In this document: one piece after another, positions 49,560-62,810 of the stretch
How positions within the stretch are numbered: position 1 is the stretch's first letter
How the letters are laid out: every line of letters begins with the position of its first letter
From: Eledone cirrhosa
Taxonomy: Eukaryota
NCBI GenBank assembly: GCA_964016885.1
Contig: OZ024750.1
Location: 49,972,001 to 50,036,000, forward strand
Direction: 5' to 3'
DNA: 64,000 nucleotides
Made by a program: the position numbers and the translations under genes
Notes under the pieces: model-generated
What the model was told of the DNA's origin: nothing
Databases searched by the model: none
The model's input: the letters and a program-made list of their open reading frames with translations, nothing else

Positions 49560-50383
49560 GAGTGCTCAGTGTTACTGATTGGACAATATTGCATTAATGG
49601 GCTTACACACATCCTCGGGGTTTTTCTATTCATTTTTATTTTCTTTAATTTTATTTTATGTCTGTGTTGGGTAACACACCTCCACCACTCAAACACCTAT
49701 CTTAAAAGCCCAAGGGCCCATATGACGGGTAAACGCACATACTGACACCTTAACTCAAATATCCAACCCTTCACAGAGCCCCTTGTTGGCCTACATGGCG
49801 GTTGCTTGCACGCTCAGATTTGGGTCTCAGATTCTCAATGGGACAATGGCACATACAGAGTTCGATATGAGCTGACTACTTGCTCTTCACATGGATGTGT
49901 ATATACCAAAACATACACTATTTACAATTCAATCGATACATATATAGCAAAACATTGAACTGAATGTACTTGCGTGTGTATAGGATGGCGGTTGACCCAA
50001 TTTCCCCAATTTACATCGTGAAATTAAGATTTGAACAATATAACATTTGTTGTTTTGTAAACTAACTTTCTGTGAATACTATCTTGGTATATATATGTAT
50101 TCTTTCTTCGACTTCGGGTCGGTGTGTGTGAGTGTGTGTGTGTACTCACTCACACTAACTGTGACCGACTATAATTCTAAAGATTTGATATTGAGATTAG
50201 ACCCGTCCAGCGTCTTTTACAGCTATTGAGAGATAGAGACTTGATAGTTTTATGACACTAACTGAGCATGATAGCAGTTGGCATGTTTTCGCTGCGTAAT
50301 CTTCATATGGGGTACAAAACTCTAGTGAGGGAACATCGTTAAATTATTTCCCTCATATCAATGATTTGAAGAAAATCCATTTT

Positions 50384-50455
50384 CACCTGACGAGGTCAGT
50401 GATAATCGATCATGGCCGCACGATCGATCTATCTCTTATTGAAACATGTGTCGTG
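50384..50455 (+). ncRNA. Type I hammerhead ribozyme
   Basis: CAC CTGACGA ...GATAATCGATC/GATCGATCTATC... GAAAC ATGT GTC GTG; tail runs to (TA)n at 50635. Confidence 0.65.
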
Positions 50456-50630
50456 GTTAAAATGATTGGAAATTTATACCATGCCTTCGGATCTTTATTT
50501 CAATACAAATACTCCGTTTTACACCATCTAGTTGTTTCCATAAATGGAATTGGAGATATACAAAAGCGTGGAAATCATAATATTGCTAACAAAAGTTCAT
50601 TGGACCGTATGACACACCTTACTACATAAC

Positions 50631-50668
<38 letters not shown>

Positions 50669-50836
50669 GGATACTATTTATAGTTATGTATATTTTAAAC
50701 CATAAACAGGGAAGGTCACTAATTTATTAATACCTTATTACCAGTAAGATAAATAGCTCACTGTAATAACACCAATTGTTCTGCAGAGCAGTTATATAGA
50801 ATTCACAAGAATCAAAGCTATGTTCAAAACATTTAT

Positions 50837-50885
50837 TCACTTACAATTGTTTCTTCCAAACCTAGGCTTGGTGTCTTCGGAGCAA
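50837..50885 (-). ncRNA. Hammerhead motif in inverted PLE terminal repeat
   Basis: TTGCT CCGAAGA caCCAAGC-ctag-GTTTGGaa GAAAC AATT GTA AGTGA. Confidence 0.7.
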
Positions 50886-51489
50886 TTTTTTTATGTTTGC
50901 ACATATAATTGACCTCCCAGTCAACGCAAGAGATATACAGATACATATATATATATATTGATGTACAGTGTGGAGCGGCATATATTATACTATACTATAT
51001 TTGTATAGTAATTCAAATTAAAATCAAAATTAAAATCAAAATTTAAATTTAAAATACATGCGACAGATAACACAGATAATGCAGGAGAGTAGTTCAATAA
51101 TCATATCTAGTATATAGTGTATGCGTTAGTCATACATGGGGCATGCAAATGTATCTCATTTATATAAGAGTATTGTGTGGTAAGGTATTAAATGTAATAC
51201 AAGCACTTTAAGCGGGTAAGCAAGAATATTATGGTGGTTGCAGTGGGTGGGTATTTTTTGCACAGATCGAATTAGTATGTGTGCAGAAAAAGAAAGTTAT
51301 AGTTTTCACATCCACCACCATGTTCCCATCCAGAAAGAGGAAGTTATAGTTTTCACATTCATCACATATGTTACGATGTATTCGTATTGAATGTTTGTTG
51401 TAGTAAAGGATTGTAACGTATTGAAGCTCAGTGATATATAATCCATATTTATATGCGAAAATTTACAGCGGTTTAATATCCGATTAATA

Positions 51490-52950
51490 TCTGATTTGGT
51501 CGGCCTATACCTACTAAATGAAATCGATAATGATCTACCATACCTCAACGGTGGTTTATACCGCGATGATGCACTACTCCTTATAGACTATAACAAATGT
51601 AATATAGAGAGAACTAGGAAACTATTACATAAAACTTTCAAAAACTATAACCTAAGTATCACCATGAACAAAAACACTAAAAACGTTAGCTTCCTGGATG
51701 CTACTCGCTACCTAGACTCTAAAATATATGCATCATTTCATAAACCTAACGAAAAACTAATTTACGTAGATACTAAGTCTAACCACCCTAGATCAATATT
51801 AAACTCTATCACTAAAGGAATATTCAATAGAATCTCTAAACTAGCTTATAACGAAACCCTATTTAGCAATAATTCACAATACTATAATCAGACATTAGCT
51901 AAATCAGGTCATAATAATGAGATTGAGTTTCTACCTATAAAAACACATAGTTACAACATTATTTCTCACAATATGACCATGAGAAAAAATAGTAATAAGG
52001 ATAATAACCACACTCATACTAATACGAAGGGTAGCATCAAACGTAACTCGCACCAGAGAAGACACCAAAATACTATAAACGGAAACACCTCAATAGATAT
52101 AAAAACAAAGATAGAAGAAGAAATAATACATTTTTCAACCCCCCTGTCAATCTAAACGTCTCTACGAACCTACATAAGGCTTTCTTCTCAATCCTGGATA
52201 AAAACTTCCCATTTGGCCACAAGTACCATGGTCTTATAAATAAAAACACCAATAAAATCTCCTACTCTACCACACCTAACATAGCATACCACATAGCTAG
52301 TAGCAAAAAAAGAAAGATTAGTACTTACTTTCAACAGACTAAAACACAGCAGGAGGTAAACTTTCAAAACAACATAATATCTACAAACCCTGATATCAAT
52401 GGTAATAATAGTAATAACACTAATGCAATCAATAGCAATAGGAACGACAAGCTTCATAGCCCTAATACAATACCTAGCAACCAGATTTCTGCACAACATA
52501 ATAACAGACAGGATAACATCCAAAATAAATGTAACTGTATATCTAATAGAACCTGCCCTTTAGGTAAAACCTGCTTAATCAAGAACATCATTTACTCATG
52601 TACGGTCAGAACTAGCAACTCTTCTGAAACTTATATAGGCTCTACTTCGAACTGCTTCAAAACAAGATACAACTCACATCACCATTCTTTCAAAAAACAC
52701 AATCTAGCCAACTACACTTCACTATCTAGCTACATACTCTATCTGAAAACTAGGAATAGATCATATATACTTCAATGGGAAGTAGTAGGTAGGGCTGCAT
52801 CGTATAAACCACCTAATACATTATGTAACCTATGTCTACTAGAGACCCATACTATAATCTTTTCGAATCTTAACCTCCTTAATAAAAAGTCGGAAGTGTT
52901 TGCGTCATGCCAACACCGCTTCCGACACTCTTTCCAAAACTTTAAACCTA
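51490..52950 (+). pseudogene. PLE RT-GIY-YIG ORF fragment
   Basis: DLVGLY, YRDD, VSFLD, CNC..CPL..CL, IIY..YIG, CNLCLLE, LNKKSE..CQH. Confidence 0.88.
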
Positions 52951-54309
52951 GCAATGTCAGATTTGAACTCATCACCACTTTTAACACTGTACCTCAAGGG
53001 CTTGCCTTCCACCAGTACACCACACTCTCTGATCCACCCTTTCTATATATATCTTTATACCCTAGAAATATCCATATAATCACCACCTTTTAATACAATT
53101 ACGTTGGATTACTTATAATTATATAGGGATTGAAATATAATACAGTTTATATAAACTTTAAATATTAGATACAACAATGAATTGTATATGCATTTGTAAT
53201 TAAAATTATAGAGTAATAACATATGAGTAATTTATTAACATAAGAGATTTCACTAACTTAAAATTATAGAGTAATAACATTGGGTATATATATGAGTAAT
53301 TTATTAACATAAGAGATTTCACTAAGTTATATGTAATATGGAACAATGAATTATATATGAATTATATATGCATTTATAACTAAGTGGATAAATTAATGAC
53401 ATTGTATATGGGGGATACATTTGATTACTCAAGAGATGTATCTGATGTTATCATGCAAACAAAAATACGCTGCTCCATAGCTTACCTAAGGTTAGGTAGA
53501 TGAAAATCTAATTGAACCTTTAATATGTTTTGTGACCAGACTGTATTTAAAGTGAATTTGATAAATATATATAACAATTTGGGTGGGTAATTCAATTATA
53601 GCACTATATAATAAGGAGTAAACAACTTCCTATAGATACCTTTAATGCATTATGAGAGAATAGACTGTATTTGAAATTAAATATAAATATATAACCCTTT
53701 ATATAAGGAACTCAAATTAAGCACCATATAATGTATGTTGGAACAATGAATTTAGTTATGAGAATCAGCTAGTTACCTCCCCTTACGCATTAGCTCCCCT
53801 TAATTACATACCTACTTCCGGATATTAAACCGCTGTAAATTCTCGCATATACATATGTATTATATATCACTGAGTTCAATACGTTACAATCCTTTACTAC
53901 AACAAACATTCAATACGAATACGTCGTAACATATGTGGTGAATGTGAAAACTATAACTTCCTCTTTCTGGATGTGAAAATGGTGGTGGATGTGAAAACTA
54001 TAACTTTCTTTTTTTTCTCACATACTAATTCAATCTGTACAAAAAATAACCCCCCACTGCAACCACGAAAATACTCTTGCTTACCCGCTTAAAGTGCGTG
54101 TATTACATGTAATACCTTGCCACACAATACTCTTATATAAATGAGACACATTTGCATGCCCCAAGTATGACTAACGCATACACAATCTACTAGATCTGAT
54201 TATTGAACTACTCTCCTGCATTATCTGTGTTATCTGTCGCATGTATTTTAAATTTAAATTTTGATTTTAATTTTAATTTTGATTTTAAATTTAAATTTAA
54301 ATGTTGATT

Positions 54310-56225
54310 TTAATTCATGGGTCAAGTACAGAGACTTCATGTCTGAGGACTTCCTGCGCCTGGCTCATCTGCAGTATACTTCAGTGGAAGTTGATTACAG
54401 TGACATTATCTACAACAGGGCACTCATTGATATCGAGGACGCCCTCCTCGACATCGGTTGGAGTGAGTTGGTGACGTATGTCTTGCCGTCAACCGTCAGA
54501 GAGGAAGCTAACACGCTGGCCCTGGATTTGTTGCGGGAAACAGCATATGACAGCGAATCTCTTTCCCAATACCCAGAGGAAAATGAGCCCAAACATCTGT
54601 CGGACCAAAGGTTGGCCTATTTAACTAACATTGACGCGGTTCAAAATCAGACTGGGGGTATTTACTTTGTCGATGCCCCTGGGCTACCGGAAACACTTTG
54701 GTTACCGATATTGATACTCGCTAAGATTCGTCAGGAGGAAAAGATTGCGTTGGCCGTTGCATCGTCGGGGATCGCTGCTACTTGGCTGCCGGGAGGCAGG
54801 ACAGCACATTCAACCTTTAAACTCCCCTTGGATTTAGTAAAAACTGAGACACCAACATGCAATATCAGCAAGATTTCACACGAAGCTCTGTTTCTCAAAA
54901 AATGTTGCCTCATTGTTTGGGATGAGCGCACAATGGCACACAAGGGTGCCCTTGAGGCATTGTACAGGACCCTGAAAGACATTAGGGATGCTACGGCTCC
55001 TATGGGTGACGTAACCCTTCTGCTATCAGGGGATTTTCGACAAACGCTGCCTGTCATTCCCTAACGGACAAGAGCTGATGAAGTGCGTGCCTACTTTAAG
55101 CGTCCATGTTGTGGATCCAAGTGAAGAGTTTGTACCTGAACACAAATATGCGTGCTCATTTGCATGGTGACAACCTGTCTGCAGCATTTGCCCAGAACAG
55201 TTTAGCACCTGGTGAAGGCAAGGTCCCTGCGGATGACAAGGGCGGCATAGCAATCAACTCCCTGTTTAACATTGTGAGCAGCCCCTCTGACCTTTGGGAA
55301 GCGGTTTTTCCAAATGTCTCATCTAACTTTAATAACCTCGATTGGCTCAGCGAAAGAGGCATCCTTGCTCCGAAAAATACCATGGTTAATGTTATTTACG
55401 AGTAGCTGATTGAGAAGATTCCCGGTAAAGAGCACATCTTCAAATTTATCCACCGGACGTCAGATAGATTAGTAATTAAAGATATCGTTAATTATCCGGT
55501 TGAGTTATTAAATTCCATTGAGCCTCCAGGGCCTCACCTCACATTCTTAAGCTTAGGTTGGCTGTCCCATTATGCTAATAAGGAAATAGCGTCCACCAAA
55601 GCAGTTCAACGGTACTCGCATTGTCGTCAATTCACTGACGCTCCTCTTGATTGAGGCCACCATTGTAACGGGGTGCGGGAGAGTGGAGAATGTTTTCATT
55701 CCAAGGATGAACCTTTTCCCCTCGCCGTCAGATATCCCGTTCGATTTCCGGCGATCCCAATTCCCGGTGAGACCAAGTCACAAGGGCAAACATTGTCGGT
55801 GGCGGGGATCCATTTGGGGGAGCCATATTTCTCCCATGGCCAACTTTATGTTGCCTGTTCCCGCGTAGGGAGCAGGAATGGACATCTTGCTTACACTCCT
55901 CAAGGGATGACAAGCAATATCGTCTACAAAGCGGTGCTATAGATGTTGGTGCTGGTGTTGGAGCTATGCCATCTGGATAAATATTTCCTGGTAGGGTATC
56001 CCATGGCGGACAGCTCTGACACCCAACGGCATCAGGGCCACCATCTTGCAACTTTGGTCTACTAAATTCGCTATTGGAAGATAATTGGTTCGTAACTTTT
56101 AATAACCGGTTCAACTGCTTTATGCACTTAATTGATAAGCTTATTCGCTTTCAAGTCACGTTTACATGTATGCAACTTTTCATAGCAAATGAACAAACCC
56201 GAGCAATGCCAGGCTAAACTGCTAG
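54310..56225 (+). mobile_element. Helitron 3' half (Pif1-like helicase relic)
   Basis: AVASSGIAATWLPGGRTAHSTFKLP, LIVWDE, GDFRQTLPV, KSQGQTL, FSHGQLYVACSRV; ends with hairpin and CTAG|T. Confidence 0.92.
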
Positions 56226-56263
56226 TATATGTATAAATGTATATATATATATATATCAAATAT

Positions 56264-56445
56264 AATTGTTTCTACTTTTTTGGCACAAGGCCAGCAATTA
56301 CCAGTGCATTACTGGTACTTTATTTTATCGACCCCGTAAGGATGAAAGGCAAAGTTAATCTCGGCAGGATTTGTTCTCACAATGGCAAGGGCAGTAACTC
56401 TATGCGTCAAAGCATGGCATCCGACCCTCTATCGATACTGCCACA
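56264..56445 (-). mobile_element. Meta-type SINE
   Basis: Reverse-complement match to the family. Confidence 0.88.
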
Positions 56446-56779
56446 AATATAATACAAGCAGACCAATCAAAGAAGAGAGGAGAGTGATTAGTTAAGAAAA
56501 TTACAAGCCAGTAGAGAGAGGGTTAGTGTGCTCGGTTCGTATCGTTTCCAAGATACGCGAAAAACCTGAGTAATTCGTAGAAATTAATCTAGCAAAATTA
56601 TTATATGCAGAGCAAAAGGCATGTCTGAGAAACAACAATAAATGTTTGAATATGTATATTTACTGGCTGACAACTTCTTTCGGAAGCCGAAAAATTCATT
56701 TGCGCATGGAGTAAATGATTACCGATCCTAAAATCGATAAACGTACAGTGAAAACCAATTCAATATCCAGTGCACTCAT

Positions 56780-58553
56780 CAGTGTCCATCTGCTAAAGTG
56801 GAATCTAATTGCGAATCATCTTCCAAAAGACCACGCTTAAAGCAAGCTTCCCGGTACGTATCACATATTTCTCCATCACCAGTTTTGAGGTCCTCAAAAC
56901 TTGTGGGCCTACAACTTCATGCAGAAGGAGGCGGAGATGAAAGCACTCATGCTGACTTGGGGGCACAGTGTAAACCCTTCCAAGAAAGCTGTCTCATTTT
57001 ACACCAGGATGTCTTTCAACAGCCTGACCTGACTTTATTCGCACCCAAGTGCTGTTCGACCATATAAAGTGGGATGGAACCTGGGGTACACAATTGTTCG
57101 CGCAAATGTATCAAACTGCCAAAGTTTGAAGAAACCCGTCAGAGTGGTCTCTTTCGGGTAGGCGGCCAACTTGGTGGCGGTTTGGTCCGTAAAGTAAACC
57201 CTTTGCCCATTTTCCAAATGTACCACAAGCTGTAGTTTGGTGGGGTGCCGTTGGTGTAGGGGTAAACCAAATAGGCACCAAAAAGCTTCATTGCTACTGA
57301 TGTACCACCCCGCTAGGTATTTTGTGACCTCGCCCTGCTATTATCAGCTTGAAATGCGAACATCGCGGCATCAGAGTCCTTATTTACATATTTGTATGTG
57401 TATTTTATCGACTTGACGGAGTTGCAAAACTCAACGTTGATGTGGGTGTTGAACATCTTGAAGAGAAGCGGGCAGTAAGGGACCACCCATCTATTGTAGA
57501 CTTGACCTCCCTTTACTGTTGTGGTGAAGCCACCGTTCTCGGACATCTCCGCCTGTACAGGGGGTACCCGTCGCCACCAGTCTGAGTCTGGTCTACACAT
57601 TTTTTGTGTATCTCTTACTGCACGACCACCCTTTCAGCCGAAATGAAGCTGTCTATTAATTGATTTTATCAGCTAACCAAATCAAAATGTGAGCATGTGG
57701 CAGCCCTCGTTTTTTCCATTCGACGTTGAACATGTCACATTTTACAACCCCAAATGCCTGACCCTTTTTGATTAAAGCCATGAGCTTAGCCAGTTTCAGT
57801 CTGAACACTTTGGCAATGAGGTCATGTCTGTTCGAATAATTTTGCCCAGGAAAAGGTTGACGGGTTACATTCCGATTCATATGTCTATTGCATTAATCTG
57901 TTATATGAAGTGTTATTTTGTGGGTTGTTATTTGCAATAAGCCAATTGAAAATGCCCCAGATAAGCCGTATGTCAATACGGAACGCTCCACTGCAGTGTT
58001 GTCATATAAGGAGTGAAGAGCGACAGAGAGAGTAAAGCAGTTTAATTATAGAGAGGGGGAATATACGGAACGCTCCATTTGATCATAGACATTGTTTCTC
58101 TCTCTGCAGTGTTGTCATATAGGGAGTGAAGAGCGACCGAGAGAGTAAACAGTTAAATTATAGAGAGAGGGAATACACGGAACGCTCCATTTGATCATAG
58201 ACATTGTTTCTCTCTCTGCAGTGTGGTCATATAGGGAGTGAAGAGCGACCGAGAGAGTAAACAGTTAAATTATAGAGAGAGGGAATACACGGAACGCTCC
58301 ATTTGATCATAGACATTGTTTCTCTCTCTGCAGTGTTGTCATATGGGGAGTGCAGAGCGACAGAGAGAGTAAAGCAGTTACATTATAGAGAGGGGGGAAT
58401 GATCATGATAGAATGTTGCCCTTATTGTTGATGGATTTGACATTTTTTTGCTTCATGACCTTTTCCTGACGAAGAGCCATAATTGTCCAGACTTTTAATA
58501 GAATCCGTTGTTAGAAACCTTAACACACACGTCCTCAGCTTTATATATATAGA
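56780..58553 (-). mobile_element. Helitron 5' half (Rep relic), internally deleted
   Basis: VEWKKRGLPHAHILIWL, NRWVVPYCP, SIKYTYKYVNK, VHLENGQRVYF; 5' end A|TCTATATATATAAAGC at 58553. Confidence 0.88.
57978..58400. repeat. 112-bp tandem repeat, ~3.8 copies, inside Helitron
   Basis: ACGGAACGCTCCA starts at 57978, 58065, 58177 and 58289. Confidence 0.92.
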
Positions 58554-58563
58554 TAGATACATT

Positions 58564-58608
<45 letters not shown>

Positions 58609-58671
58609 GTGTGTGTGTGTGCACGCGTATATATATATATATATATATATATACGTACATACCTACATACA

Positions 58672-59200
58672 TTTGCTTTTCATCCTTATGGGGTCGATAA
58701 AATGAAGTACCAGTAATGCACTGGGTAATTTGCTGGCCTTGTGCCTAAAGTAGAAACAATTATATATATATATATAGATATATATATATATATATGGCGG
58801 TGGATTGGCAGTATCGGTAGAGGGTCGGACGCCATACTTTCACGAATAGAGTTACGGCCCTTGCCATTCTGAGTTTAAATCCCGCCGAAGTTAACTTTGC
58901 TTTTCATCCTTACGGGGTCGATAAAATAAAGTACCGGTAATACACTGGGTAATTGCTGGCCTTATGCCAAAAAGTAGAAACAATTATATATGTATATATA
59001 TATATAAATATATATATAAGGTGAATTGGCAGCATCGGTAGAGCGTCAGACGCCATGCTTTACAGCATAGAGTTATGACCCTTTACGTTCTGAGTCCAAA
59101 TCCCGCCGAGGTTAACCTTGCCTTTCATCCTTATGGGATCGATAAAATAAAGTACCAGTAATACACTGAGTATTGCTGGCCTTGTGGCAAAAGCAGTTAC
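58672..59200 (+). mobile_element. Three head-to-tail Meta-type SINEs separated by (TA)n
   Basis: Copies at 58672-58762, 58796-58986 and 59020-59200. Confidence 0.9.
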
Positions 59201-59226
59201 AAGTATATATATATTGTGTGTGGGGG

Positions 59227-59227
<1 letters not shown>

Positions 59228-59310
<83 letters not shown>

Positions 59311-59348
59311 CTCCTCTATCTCTCTATCGTTCTCTCTCTCTCTCTCTC
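59228..59348. repeat. (CT)n microsatellite
   Basis: Direct reading. Confidence 0.95.
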
Positions 59349-59989
59349 GTTGTATCTGCCTTTCGCTTCGTGTGTTTATGTTTATCGACTTATATTACGT
59401 ATTTAATAGATCCATTCCCATAAGTATTTCTTCCAAAGTGAAATCAATATAAATCACAAATCTGATTTCTGCCAATATTTGTCGTTTCAATAAATCAGTC
59501 TAACACTATACTAATATGTTATGTAGTCGTTATCTTCATAATTAATCAGATTAATTCTACATAACTATATGTTTGTTTTTATATTTCTATTCCTAAATAT
59601 CAATATTAAATTGATATCAATCTCGTAGCCTGAAAGCCCGTTCTCTTCAGATAAGTTCTCGCCAACGATCATTATCTTAACAGGTTGACTAACGCAGAGA
59701 ATTCAATAATTTATCTTAGATACGAAGTTTTTCTGTAATTATAGACGCTAATATAGTCAATTTGTACAATTATATCATATTGGTGATTAATATTTTATCG
59801 GATGATGCGCTATGTGTTAAGTAAAAATTATATTTAAAGAAGTATATTATTTCGAAACCTAATGAGATCTTAAATAACAATTTTATGTACATTCGTTAGC
59901 AAATATTTTGCTCATGAAAACTTTATATATATGTGTGAATCTATGTGTGTTTATATGTGCGCAGACCTTTTTGGTGTTTACTGTGAGTA

Positions 59990-60320
<331 letters not shown>

Positions 60321-60664
60321 GATAAAAAGATATACATGTATATACGACTGTCTTCTCTCCAAACACAATCCCACACACATATACAACACATGCGCACACA
60401 TGTGTGTAAATACGTTTCTAACCGATAGGTATGACTATCCAATTGTCATGTTTTACATATTTTATCTTAATATTTGTCTTTACAGATACCAATTCAATAT
60501 GTTGTCCATTTTTATTTCTATTACACCTTAAGTTTTAATTTGATAATAATAAAGTGACAGCTTTTACATAAAAATAATGCGTTATTTTCTATAATACATG
60601 ATTTTATACTTACATTTTCAATATATTTCTGTGCATAGTATTTTTTGTTTTAGTCAGAAGAAAT

Positions 60665-60770
60665 AACTCCGCCCATGATTGGTTGTCTCGGTGTCGGGAA
60701 GCGTGAATGTGTTTTTCGCAGATCTGACTCTCGATACAAATGTTTTCGATCGAATTGAGTCCGGTAAGAC
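60665..60770 (+). promoter_or_regulatory. Candidate Pol II promoter / first non-coding exon
   Basis: CCGCCC at 60669, ATTGG at 60678, GGAAG, local CpG enrichment, GTAAG donor-like site at 60764. Confidence 0.35.
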
Positions 60771-61355
60771 TATTAGGAGACAAGTAATATTTTTAAACTA
60801 ATGTTTCAATCAAAGCGGTTCTTCTCGTTATTTTCAACACGATTTCCAGTCAGTATATTTACTTCACGACGCTCCTGCAGAAGGCATTTGCTTGAGATTA
60901 CACACAGTACTATCAAACAGAAAATCACATGAGGTTTAGTCACACGACCATGTGTATGTACGTATATTTGTTTATTGCAGAATATATAGTCACATTTAAT
61001 AATTATAACTATCTAAACAAGTAGTCATTTAGAAGAAAATACGGTTTACACGGTTTACAATGTATTTTTCTCCGCGTTAGATATCTGCCTTCATTAGATT
61101 TTTTAAATCATCGTGTCTGAAATCCATGTACTATTCATAATGTTAACTGGTTACACAGAACATTGTCTAATTATAAATGAATGTATGGAACTGTGTTTTC
61201 AGCAATGATTTTTGCATTCCTTAGCCAGTGTGGAAGTGAATGATGTTTAATAAAGCCACCTATCTCAGTAAAATATGCCCCACCTTGAGTTATTCCGTTC
61301 AATAACCTTAAAATATCCAATGCAAACCAATTGGGTGTCATTATGAGATGCTAGA

Positions 61356-61540
61356 GGGCGGTGGATTGGCAGTATCGGTAGAGGGTCGGACGCCATGCTT
61401 TCCAGCATAGTTACGTCCCTTTACGATCTGAGTTCAAATCCCGCCGAGGTTGACTTTGCCTTTCATCCTTACAGGGTCGATAAAATAAAGTACCAGTAAT
61501 GCACTGGGTAATTGCTGGCCTTGTGCCTAAAGTAGAAACA
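61356..61540 (+). mobile_element. Full-length Meta-type SINE
   Basis: A-box TGGCAGTATCGG, B-box GAGTTCAAATCC, Meta-like domain; TSD GAGATGCTAGA (61345-61355 / 61546-61556). Confidence 0.93.
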
Positions 61541-62752
61541 CCTACGAGATGCTAGACACGACGAGATTGAAGTTTACTTAGTGCAATACAAACAACATAT
61601 TCTATTAACACGTTGTCATCATTTTCTGAAAGACACTTTATTACTAGAATTGTCCATTTTATTGACTATTTATTAAGCAGACGTTATAAAAAAATACATT
61701 CATTACTTTACGCTATTTCCAATGTTACTTAACACCAATGTGTATTACATGTTTTCCTGTTCCTGTCGCTACTGAGAGTGGACATGTTTTTCTCAACTAT
61801 ATTTGATATGTAAAATTAAAAGATTTTCTGGTTTAGGCAGTCTCCATTATTCATAAATCTATCGACAGAGGTGAGGTTCACCCCGAGCTCTAGATAGACG
61901 ATTTATTTGTATTTCCTTTTACATCGGAGAGTTACTTGGAACATTAGAATCTTAGTGTTTACGGTAGGAGTGAAAATGTCTTTCTGTTTCACATCCGCCT
62001 GAATAGACTACCATTCATGCTATCTTAAAGAAACTATCACGAAATATGTTTTCGCTTAAAGATCTAGAAGCAGTTTCTCAAAAGATTTATTAAATGAGAA
62101 TATTAGAAATAGTTTAGTGTGCTGAACTATAGGTCAATGTCTGTAGCAGGACAGAATGGATGTAGTCTTGTTATGCATATCGTGTTTTATATAACATTAG
62201 ATATCACAATGGTAATTAAATATCGATGTAAGAACTCGCTATTTCTTAAAGTATGTGTTACCGATAATAAATTTTACCGACTTCATTATTTAGGACAATA
62301 TTCAATATGTTAGCTACTTCTCTGTCTGGGCAATGCTTTTGCTCATTAACATAATTACACGTTCGTTGAGTGAAGCAAACTGAATTCCATATATATCATA
62401 TCAAGGCAAAATGGCTTAGTGGTAATCGTGTTCATGAGTTCGTTCCCGGCGGAGAATTGTGGCAAGATTTTACGGTCACTCAAATGAGAAAAATGAGTTG
62501 TTCCTCTATCTGAAATGGCCAACCTTGTTGCACACTCTGTCCCAATTACTCACTCTGATAATGTCTCCTGTCCATCTTCTAGGGTACAATGAGAAACCTA
62601 TCAGTGAGACTTTGGTCCTTCTCCATATGCAGAGCTATTATTATCATGCTAGAGATGTTAAGGCCATGGGGTGTCTATTATATTATAGGTGTCATACATT
62701 TCTTGTATGGCGGCGATTATGCAGCAGAAAGGGTAGCAAACAGAGATCAGAG

Positions 62753-62774
62753 AGTGTGTGTGTGTGTGCGTGTG

Positions 62775-62810
<36 letters not shown>

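Larger units (their letters stand above)
50662..54305 (+). mobile_element. Penelope-like element, 5'-truncated, preceded by an inverted copy of its 3' end
   Basis: RT GLYRDDAL (51496-52155), GIY-YIG 52520-52945; 51015-51482 is inverted relative to 53819-54300; same family as 18302-22924. Confidence 0.9.

Noticed and set aside
50275-50315. Minus-strand ATGAAGA...GCGAAAACATG hammerhead-like motif
   Set aside because: Core mutated, weak stem II, no NUH triplet.
52520-52945. Selenocysteine-encoding Naiad element (in-frame TGA at Cys sites plus SECIS)
   Set aside because: The conserved Cys positions read here and at 14780-15085 and 33385-33690 use TGT/TGC; no convincing SECIS seen.
57978-58400. 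CRISPR-like array
   Set aside because: Whole units repeat with no unique spacers; eukaryotic context, no cas genes.
61356-61450. tRNA gene
   Set aside because: A and B boxes belong to the SINE head; it continues into the SINE body and has a TSD.
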